64,000 bases of DNA, taken from contig CAZTFR010000005.1 in assembly GCA_964612945.1 (NCBI GenBank), positions 1,716-65,715 of the forward strand. Reading direction: 5' to 3'. Of this stretch, positions 55,356 to 64,000 are shown one piece after another (position 1 is the first letter of the stretch; each line of letters opens with the position of its first letter). A program made the translations under genes and the position numbers. The notes beneath the pieces are model-generated. The model did no database searches. It worked only from the letters and a program-made list of their open reading frames with translations, and had not been told where the DNA came from. The stretch comes from an uncultured Thermoplasmatales archaeon (GTDB taxonomy: Archaea > Thermoplasmatota > E2 > DHVEG-1).

Positions 55356-56081
55356 ATGACTTCGAAAACATCAAAGTACATTGTTGTCCTTGTTGAACCA
55401 AAATATGGCGGCAACATCGGCGCTGTTGCACGAGCCATGATGAACTTTGATTTTCCTACTCTTTATCTTGTTAATCCCTGCGAATTTGACACAGAATGCT
55501 ACGCTCGCGCCATGCACGCACGCTCACTTCTTGACAACGCCAAAATCTTCAAAAGCTTCAAAGAAGCACAAAAACAACTCGATTACTGTATTGCAACCTC
55601 ATCAATCACCACAACATCAGAAAAAAAACATCTTCGCAAACCAATCACCCTACACACGCTCACGCAACAACTCCCCCAGGTCACCGGAACCATCGGTCTT
55701 ATCTTCGGCAGAGAAGACTACGGACTCTACAACGCTGAACTCGCCGCCTGCGATGTGATGTTACATATACCAACCAGCAACTCATATCTCTCCCTGAATC
55801 TCTCCCATGCCGTTACCATCGTTTTATACGAACTATACACCTATCAACATGACACAACCAACCCAAAACGAGAGTTAGGAAACATTGAAAAAGAAAAACT
55901 TCACGACTACTTTTCCCTTCTGCTTGACAAAATTAACTACCCGGATCATAAAAAAGAAAAAACAAAAATCATGTTCAGACGGATCATGGGACGAGCCATG
56001 CCCTCCACCTGGGAGTACCATACCTTGATGGGCGTGTTTACCAAACTCCTCGAAAAAGAAAGAAAAAATAAAAAAAAATAA
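55356..56081 (+). CDS. trmJ: SPOUT-class RNA methyltransferase, TrmJ-like (tRNA 2'-O-methyltransferase)
   Basis: VVLVEPKYGGNIGAVARAMMNFDF (SpoU motif 1), IFGREDYGL (motif 2), LNLSHAVTIVLYE (motif 3). Confidence 0.7.
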   Translation: MTSKTSKYIVVLVEPKYGGNIGAVARAMMNFDFPTLYLVNPCEFDTECYARAMHARSLLDNAKIFKSFKEAQKQLDYCIATSSITTTSEKKHLRKPITLHTLTQQLPQVTGTIGLIFGREDYGLYNAELAACDVMLHIPTSNSYLSLNLSHAVTIVLYELYTYQHDTTNPKRELGNIEKEKLHDYFSLLLDKINYPDHKKEKTKIMFRRIMGRAMPSTWEYHTLMGVFTKLLEKERKNKKK

Positions 56082-56091
56082 CACCACCAAG

Positions 56092-56316
56092 CTAAATGGT
56101 TTCAATTTTAAAATACACATGACACTTTTTTAAGGCAGCTTGCACACGATCAGCAAAAAAAATTAGTTCATTAATATCCGCACGCTCATTCCCCCAATCA
56201 TACACAAAATCATAGTTCCCCTGAGCTGCCTTAAATCCAAGATTCAACAGACTATTTTTTACCTCAGAGGGAAGCGCACCTTCACTATCGAACATGATCT
56301 GAAGATAGGTTTTCAA
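56092..56316 (-). CDS. Hypothetical small protein
   Basis: 74-aa ORF filling the gap between trmJ and the M50 protease. No motif. Weak call. Confidence 0.3.
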   Translation of the reverse strand: MKTYLQIMFDSEGALPSEVKNSLLNLGFKAAQGNYDFVYDWGNERADINELIFFADRVQAALKKCHVYFKIETI

Positions 56317-56384
56317 AAAACCACCTCACCACAGATAAGAATTCAGTACATAATAATAAAGATTACCCTCTAAAATCTACACAT

Positions 56385-57521
56385 CTATAGCAACTGTATT
56401 GGATACGGAATAAAACAGACAACAAGAATTGCTAAAGCTACAAAAAACAATGCCTTTCGTTTCATATCAAGGGAGGATGCATCATTTAAAGGAGGCGGAT
56501 GTAACATTCCAATAAAAAATACAATGATCAACGCAAAAAACCACCATCCTGTAAAGATCATGATAAAAACTGCAATCCAACCCGCATACTTTTGCTTCTC
56601 ACCCAGAAACGCACGAAAGATATGCCCACCATCAAGCTGACCAGCAGGTAATAGATTAATCGAGGTGATTAAAAGCCCGACCCAGCCTGCAAACGCAATC
56701 AGATTAAGATTTGCCGCATATCCCACAGGGATATCTAAAAAGAGCTGCCCAAGAAAATAAAACAAAAGAGAGCTTCCCAATATCGGCTGACCTTCCGGGA
56801 TTCCAGACAGAGCCACAATCTCAGAGGTCGCAATACCAATCACAGACACCGGTAGTGCAACAACAAATCCTGCAAGAGGACCCGCGATACCTACATCAAA
56901 CAATGCCTTTTTATTCGGCATAGGATCATGACTGGAAATCAACGCACCAAATGTCCCAATATTAAACGCGGGAACAATCGGTGGAATAGGCATAAAAAAT
57001 GGAAGGGAGGTCTCCATGCCATGACGTTTAGATACAAAATAATGACCCATCTCATGAATTAACAAAATGCTCAGTAAAGGAAACGCAAAAAACACAATCC
57101 CTTCAAATAATGGCTGAAACGAAAACACCTCGATCGGATTAGGAACAGACCACAGATCAAAATACTCCAATGAAAGCAACGCACCCGTTACCGAAGTCGT
57201 AATAAACGTGGCAATAAGAAGCACCACATTAATCAAAACCGACCGCTTCTTGCCTTTCTTTTTATGCATCACATAAATAACATGCTCTCCACCCTGATAT
57301 TTCAACAGAGGAAGATACCCTCGTTCAGAAAGCACCCGACGTAACGCATTAAAATTCTCTTCCAAACGCTGCTCATCAATCCGACAAAAAAATGCAATAC
57401 CATTCACATTCTGCTTCATGTCATAAAAAGGAAACCGCTGACCCACCTCACGTTTGATTAACTCCACATCAAAATTACTCTCAGAGGACGAGAAGGAAAA
57501 ACTTTTCCACGAATCAGCCAT
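56385..57521 (-). CDS. Site-2 protease (peptidase M50 family) intramembrane metalloprotease
   Basis: HEMGHYFVSKRHG (HExxH) and AGQLDGGHIF (LDG motif) within a polytopic membrane protein. Confidence 0.8.
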   Translation of the reverse strand: MADSWKSFSFSSSESNFDVELIKREVGQRFPFYDMKQNVNGIAFFCRIDEQRLEENFNALRRVLSERGYLPLLKYQGGEHVIYVMHKKKGKKRSVLINVVLLIATFITTSVTGALLSLEYFDLWSVPNPIEVFSFQPLFEGIVFFAFPLLSILLIHEMGHYFVSKRHGMETSLPFFMPIPPIVPAFNIGTFGALISSHDPMPNKKALFDVGIAGPLAGFVVALPVSVIGIATSEIVALSGIPEGQPILGSSLLFYFLGQLFLDIPVGYAANLNLIAFAGWVGLLITSINLLPAGQLDGGHIFRAFLGEKQKYAGWIAVFIMIFTGWWFFALIIVFFIGMLHPPPLNDASSLDMKRKALFFVALAILVVCFIPYPIQLL

Positions 57522-57607
57522 GCGACCAGTCGATAGAAACTCTCTCTTATAAACTCTTCGACAACAGAAGAAAAAAATTCATAACACCCTTCTAAATACC
57601 TACCCCC

Positions 57608-59551
<1,944 letters not shown>

Positions 59552-59552
59552 T

Positions 59553-59693
59553 CTATTTAACCTTTATCCGTTTTGCAATGGTAGGACGTTCTTTATAAAA
59601 TACTTTACTTCCGCAGTATGGGCATTGCATGCCAATATTTTTTACATCAAACTGTACTGTTTTTTTACATAATCCACATTTATACCCCGTCAT
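59553..59693 (-). CDS. rpoP: DNA-directed RNA polymerase subunit P (Rpo12/RpoP); missed by the ORF track (46 aa)
   Basis: MTGYKCGLCKKTVQFDVKNIGMQCPYCGSKVFYKERPTIAKRIKVK has a C4 zinc ribbon and the YxCxxCg...vrCpyCGsrilyKeRp pattern. It lies between rpl37ae and pcc1. Confidence 0.8.
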   Translation of the reverse strand: MTGYKCGLCKKTVQFDVKNIGMQCPYCGSKVFYKERPTIAKRIKVK

Positions 59694-59698
59694 ATCTA

Positions 59699-59983
59699 TC
59701 ACTCTGATGTAGTTGAAGGTTGAACTTGGCCCTTTAGTACTTTTTCAACATCGGATCCATGGGCGGTTTTTGGTAGATATGCACCACCCGCGAAGACAAG
59801 ACCACATTTTTTACAGGCCCAGATACCGGTTCCGGTTCGTTTCACAGCGAGTTGACCGCATTCTGGGCAGGGATGTTTCTTTTTTTGTTGCATTTCAAGA
59901 TCGCGTACCCGGGTTCGGGCTCGAACGCCGTAACGAGCTTGATATCGGCCAGCTGAGCTTACTTTTTTTGTTCGTTTGGACAT
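59699..59983 (-). CDS. rpl37ae: 50S ribosomal protein L37Ae (eL43)
   Basis: MSKRTKKVSSAGRYQARYGVRARTRV...CPECGQLAVKRTGTGIWACKKCG matches L37Ae, including the zinc ribbon. Confidence 0.9.
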   Translation of the reverse strand: MSKRTKKVSSAGRYQARYGVRARTRVRDLEMQQKKKHPCPECGQLAVKRTGTGIWACKKCGLVFAGGAYLPKTAHGSDVEKVLKGQVQPSTTSE

Positions 59984-59984
59984 A

Positions 59985-60845
59985 TTATTTCCCTATACTT
60001 TTATATAATTGCTTGCGGATGTTTCGCCCGGTATCAAGAGATACTTTTATAACTTTTTGTATCTCTTCTTTAGTAAAACTGCCGCTGAGCCCTTTTTGCA
60101 TGGCTCTAATATCACCCTTATTATCTGTTGCAACGGTAAGTCGCGCGTCAGCGACTTCTTCTTCGTCTAAACCGGGGTCGATAACTACAACATTTCCAAG
60201 TTTTGTTGAGGTGCAAGAGATCGGTGGTTCTTTGATTGGAAGATCGTAATTCTTTGTATGATCCTTTAGATATTTTTGAATCGCAGATGCTTGCTCTTTA
60301 TCATCCTTCATTTTTTCCAAAGTTCGCTCAAGTTTTGGTTGGAATCGTTCGATAGGTACCTTTGTGGTTGATAGGGCAGCTAGTGCAGCAAGACTTGCAG
60401 TATCAAATAAGTTTCCATCATAATCAAGCACATGTATATCGATAAATACAATCCATACCATGTTTTCGGGAAGGATACAAAGTTTATTGAGATCGATGAT
60501 TTCTGATTCGCGAATTCCCCGGTCAACGACACGTGCAAGCTCTATTGCGTCCTCGCGAGGTGGTCCGGATTCAAAATCAGGTGAGGCCAGAGGGATAAGT
60601 TCTGCTGCGGTAGTTATCACACCGGTATCAGGGGTATCGGGGTAGGGCACACCCAAATCCATTTTTATTCCGGCAAGCACCTGGGTGTTGCCAATAGAGA
60701 CTCGTGCGGAGCCTTCGGCTCGCTTTACAACATCTGTCTCAATTTTTATAGGTCGATACTCTTCAAATTTTCGTCCGTCAAATCTCTTACCCTGTGCAGC
60801 TAATTTGTAGATATATTCTTTTTTGATTAATGGAACAAGTGTCAT
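59985..60845 (-). CDS. rrp42: Exosome complex component Rrp42 (RNase PH-like, non-catalytic)
   Basis: RNase PH-like domain (GRKFEEYRPIKIETDVVKRAEGSARVSIGNTQVLAGIK). The start is set at the ATG 1 nt after the rrp41 stop, with GGAGGT 8 nt upstream. The track ORF extends to 60881. Confidence 0.8.
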   Translation of the reverse strand: MTLVPLIKKEYIYKLAAQGKRFDGRKFEEYRPIKIETDVVKRAEGSARVSIGNTQVLAGIKMDLGVPYPDTPDTGVITTAAELIPLASPDFESGPPREDAIELARVVDRGIRESEIIDLNKLCILPENMVWIVFIDIHVLDYDGNLFDTASLAALAALSTTKVPIERFQPKLERTLEKMKDDKEQASAIQKYLKDHTKNYDLPIKEPPISCTSTKLGNVVVIDPGLDEEEVADARLTVATDNKGDIRAMQKGLSGSFTKEEIQKVIKVSLDTGRNIRKQLYKSIGK

Positions 60846-60846
60846 T

Positions 60847-61578
60847 TTAGACGACCTCCTGTATGGATTGATATTTTTCAAGTAACGCCTTTTTCTGAAT
60901 TTCAGAGACGGTGTAGCAGCCTTTCATGGCAAGGTCCAGTGCCTTATTGAACTCCTCTATGGAAAGGTGCCCATCCATTTGTAGAAGTAATATCTCTCCA
61001 GTCCGTGGGGATATGGCAATAGGTAAATCTGCGTCACCATAGTTGTCTTCTTCCTTTGCAAGATCAAGCACGACCTGGTTTTCTATTTTGCCGGCGGCAC
61101 ATCCAACAGGGATATCTTTCATGGGTATACCTGCGTCTGCAAGAGCCACTCCTGCTGCAGTGAGACCTGCAACACGGGTACCTGCTTCAGCATCGAGAAC
61201 CTCAATTGCTACTTCGATTGCGGATCGGGGGAACTGTTCGGTAAGCACCACTTTCTCGAGTGCTTCGGAGATAACTTTTGATATCTCTCTGCTTCGTCGA
61301 TCCGGACCGGGTCGTTTTCGATCTCCAACACTAAAGGCAGCCATATTGTATTTTGCATTTACAATTGCTTTCAGAGGATCTTGGGTGTGTCGAGGAATGG
61401 CCTCTCGTGGACCATAGACCGCTGCGATGACTTTATTTCCACCCCATTCGAGGTAACATGAGCCATCTGCTCGGTGGAGTACTCCAGCTTCAATTTTAAC
61501 CGTGCGGAGCTCTTCTGCGGTTCGTCCATCGAGACGTTTTCCATTTTTATCAATGAGTTTAATATCATCTGATTTCAT
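60847..61578 (-). CDS. rrp41: Exosome complex exonuclease Rrp41 (RNase PH catalytic subunit)
   Basis: [45 protein letters not shown] matches the Rrp41 N-terminus. Length 243 aa. It overlaps rrp4 by 4 nt. Confidence 0.85.
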   Translation of the reverse strand: MKSDDIKLIDKNGKRLDGRTAEELRTVKIEAGVLHRADGSCYLEWGGNKVIAAVYGPREAIPRHTQDPLKAIVNAKYNMAAFSVGDRKRPGPDRRSREISKVISEALEKVVLTEQFPRSAIEVAIEVLDAEAGTRVAGLTAAGVALADAGIPMKDIPVGCAAGKIENQVVLDLAKEEDNYGDADLPIAISPRTGEILLLQMDGHLSIEEFNKALDLAMKGCYTVSEIQKKALLEKYQSIQEVV

Positions 61579-62261
61579 GTTCTACCTTCCTTTTTTGTTT
61601 CATTTTTTAACATTGTTTCAATGCGATTGGTTAATCCATAGGTGATTGCTTCGTTTTCTATTTTTGTTATGACACGGATGACCTTGTCAATGTCCTCAGT
61701 TTCTCCATCTATCCAGATGCGTCCATTTTGGCCAACAAAGATCCGGACCCGTATGTAATTTTTTATCAACGCGAGCATGGATCCTTTTTTTCCAATAATC
61801 CGTGGGACGCGTGCAGGTTCCACGTTTATGATAAGTCCCCCTTTGATTTTGTAGAGGTTTCGATCATTGAGGGTGATCTGCATTTTTCGTTGTTCATCAA
61901 CGGAGAGAATTTTGGCCATGATGGCATCGCCATGATTTAAATATTTGCTCGTTTCTCCGAATTGGATTTTCCAAGGTGTTTCGTTTTGATGAAGTAGTGC
62001 GGGAGAGGATGCTTTGATGTCAACCAGCCATCCTGAGGAAAGAGATTGTTCAACAACTCCGATGACAAATTCACCCTCAATAGGATCATACACTCCTTTC
62101 AGAGAGGTGACTTGTATTTGGTTGTGCTGTTCGCTTAAAATACCGAGGCGTTGTGAGTAAATCTTTCCTTTTTCAACATAGGTGCCGTGTCCTGCTTTTT
62201 TTGATCTGATGTCACCTATCTGCTGGCTAGGAAATACAATCGTTCGTTTTTGTTCTGCCAT
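61575..62261 (-). CDS. rrp4: Exosome RNA-binding subunit Rrp4 (S1 + KH domains)
   Basis: N-terminal domain, central S1 ([21 protein letters not shown]), and a C-terminal KH with GxxG (IIGKKGSML). Length 228 aa. Confidence 0.8.
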   Translation of the reverse strand: MAEQKRTIVFPSQQIGDIRSKKAGHGTYVEKGKIYSQRLGILSEQHNQIQVTSLKGVYDPIEGEFVIGVVEQSLSSGWLVDIKASSPALLHQNETPWKIQFGETSKYLNHGDAIMAKILSVDEQRKMQITLNDRNLYKIKGGLIINVEPARVPRIIGKKGSMLALIKNYIRVRIFVGQNGRIWIDGETEDIDKVIRVITKIENEAITYGLTNRIETMLKNETKKEGRT

Positions 62262-62280
62262 AAAATGTTCATCCTTAATG

Positions 62281-62976
62281 CTATTTTATTATTCGTGTTT
62301 CAACATTTCCTTTAGTTGCATCATTTAATCTATCATAAAATTCAGTTTGCATGCCCGCAGGAAGTTTAATAACACCCATCCAGGATCCATCAGACTGCCA
62401 GTCTTCGCGTTCAAGCATCCCAAAGTTTCGAACAATTCCATATGCTTTTCCTATATTTTCTGCAGGGATTTTAACAGAGATTTTTATCTGATCCATGGAG
62501 AGCGGAAGAAGCGGTCTGATTGCTTCAACGACCTGTTTTACTTGTTGGTCGACAGGTTTGAAAGGATCGATATGGATATTTGCTTCTTTTATGGAGAGCT
62601 CAATTCTTTGTCTTGGATGAGGCATTTTTGTTTGGGGATCCATTGCGTTTCTTGCGATGGTATCGACAATACGTTTTCGTTTCCTCTCCTGCATCTCATG
62701 TCGTTGTTCTGTAGTGAGTTGAATATCACCTTTGCAGATTATTTCTTTTGCAATTTCTTCTATGTTATCGGTGTTGAAATGTCGTTGCAAGGCTTCTTGA
62801 GGTGCATGTGTTCCTTTTTTTGCATTAATAAACACTGCGTCGATGGCAAGATTAGCTAAAATATCGACTTCTTTGCCCTCAATAAGTTGTTCCGCGGCAT
62901 GCGGATCAACAAGGATTTCGAAATGATCTTCTTGTTTTTTTAACCGTGCAATGACACAATCATCCAGACTTACCAC
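62281..62976 (-). CDS. sbds: Ribosome maturation protein SBDS/Sdo1
   Basis: 231 aa. The N-terminal FYSH-like domain and C-terminal ferredoxin-like fold order is consistent with SBDS. Canonical position between psmA and rrp4 in the exosome superoperon. Confidence 0.75.
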   Translation of the reverse strand: MVSLDDCVIARLKKQEDHFEILVDPHAAEQLIEGKEVDILANLAIDAVFINAKKGTHAPQEALQRHFNTDNIEEIAKEIICKGDIQLTTEQRHEMQERKRKRIVDTIARNAMDPQTKMPHPRQRIELSIKEANIHIDPFKPVDQQVKQVVEAIRPLLPLSMDQIKISVKIPAENIGKAYGIVRNFGMLEREDWQSDGSWMGVIKLPAGMQTEFYDRLNDATKGNVETRIIK

Positions 62977-62978
62977 TA

Positions 62979-63701
62979 CTACTTACCTCCGATTGCTTTG
63001 GACACATATGCCTTGGTATCCTCCGCGGAGATTATATGAAACATAACATCCTTTCGGACAAGTCCTGCCTCGATGGCATCAGGGTTGAGTTTTCCTTCAG
63101 TTCCTTTATGTAAGGCTTTAATTCCCATGAGAATGGCATCTTCCATACCAAATTCTGCATTGTAGTTTTCTTCAAAGTACGCCATCGCACCAGTTCTTCC
63201 TGCACCCTCACTGCTGGCTTTATATTCCATAAGAGCACCAGAGGGATCGGTGGAGAAGAGACGCGGACCGGTTTCATCAACACCCGCGATGAGAAGAGCA
63301 GTTCCAAAGGGGCGTACACCACCATACTGGGTGTAGGTTTGTTTAAAATCACAGATGCGTTTCACCAGGCTTTGCACCTGGATTTTTTCGCTATATGTGA
63401 TTTCGTTTATCTGTGCATCTAGACGAGCGCGATCAATTAACGCTCGAGCATCCGCCACTAGTCCAGAAGTTGCACAGCCGATGTGATCATCAATCACAAA
63501 GATTTTTTCAATGGATGCTGGCTCAATGAGACGAGATGCGATGCGTTTATCAACAATTAACACCACGCCGTCTTTAAATTTAATACCAACAGTAGTAGTC
63601 CCACGTTTTACAGCCTCCCGAGCATATTCCACTTGAAACAGTCGTCCGTCGGGAGAGAACACTGTAATTGCTCTATCATATGCCATGTTCGATGGTTGCA
63701 T
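62979..63701 (-). CDS. psmA: Proteasome subunit alpha
   Basis: MAYDRAITVFSPDGRLFQVEYAREAVKRGTTTVGIK is the hallmark alpha-subunit N-terminus. Length 240 aa. Confidence 0.9.
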   Translation of the reverse strand: MQPSNMAYDRAITVFSPDGRLFQVEYAREAVKRGTTTVGIKFKDGVVLIVDKRIASRLIEPASIEKIFVIDDHIGCATSGLVADARALIDRARLDAQINEITYSEKIQVQSLVKRICDFKQTYTQYGGVRPFGTALLIAGVDETGPRLFSTDPSGALMEYKASSEGAGRTGAMAYFEENYNAEFGMEDAILMGIKALHKGTEGKLNPDAIEAGLVRKDVMFHIISAEDTKAYVSKAIGGK

Positions 63702-64000
63702 ATTTTTCTTTCACCTCACTCAATTTATTATAACCTTCAAGCAAAGAGCCTCAGTATAAGTTATGTTGAATGTTCAACCAAGAATACACTTTTACTGTAT
63801 ATACTTTGTGCATTCCCTACGGCAGAAAAAAATAATTCTATACTCCAGGTTTATCCCCCCAGATGATTTTATGAAGTTGCATGCCGAGACGAACAGGCAA
63901 CCCATCACGCAAAATCCATGCTGCCAGGGACTGCATACTAGTGCCCCATACTGGCTGGAAAAAAATATCGCAACAAACATGATGCGTCTCTATCAGATTC

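Noticed and set aside
63702-64000. Small ORFs at the window end (63633..63866+, 63792..63980-)
   Set aside because: They are short, lack recognisable motifs, and lie in a probable promoter region of psmA. The data are insufficient.

Overview
This is a 64 kb archaeal chromosomal window. The gene content is archaeal throughout: archaeal-type PolB, Hjc, CarS, aRNase J, Cbf5, an exosome superoperon and a secY-adk-DUF106-cmk cluster. Both strands are densely coded. tRNA-Ala(GGC) and tRNA-Ser(GGA) are present. Four small genes absent from the ORF track can be read directly: a Trm112-like zinc ribbon, rpl40e, rpoP, and a small membrane protein with a strong Shine-Dalgarno site.

Three points stand out.

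(1) The first ~10 kb is a compositional mosaic. It runs at roughly 50-60% GC by eye, against ~35-43% in the rest of the window, and its coding strands are strongly enriched in C and A. Inside it sits a minus-strand operon, RHH protein -> RadB-like pseudo-ATPase (Walker A and B lost) -> divergent family-B DNA polymerase -> Hjc-like PD-(D/E)xK nuclease. The polymerase has lost two exonuclease carboxylates (ExoII, ExoIII) and the first motif-C Asp. This operon is the best candidate for an undescribed or poorly described system, possibly an inactivated replication/recombination module.

(2) A ~20 kb accessory island (21.4-41.7 kb) holds six consecutive large signal-peptide proteins: an active C25 gingipain-like peptidase; a DUF2341/LamG protein; a BNR/Asp-box protein with an internal duplication; a 1981-aa giant with a degenerate C25 domain, PbH1/NosD repeats and PKD domains; a 1369-aa S8 subtilase; and an SBBP beta-propeller protein. 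They share two distinct, apparently uncharacterised C-terminal modules.

(3) A bacterial-type pair of RNA-degradation enzymes lies next to each other: an aRNase J beta-CASP nuclease and a YhaM-like OB+HD exonuclease.

The remainder is housekeeping: carAB, XPD, Trm5, Tsr3, an ADP-forming acetyl-CoA synthetase alpha subunit, ProRS, PurA, an S2P protease, TrmJ and others.
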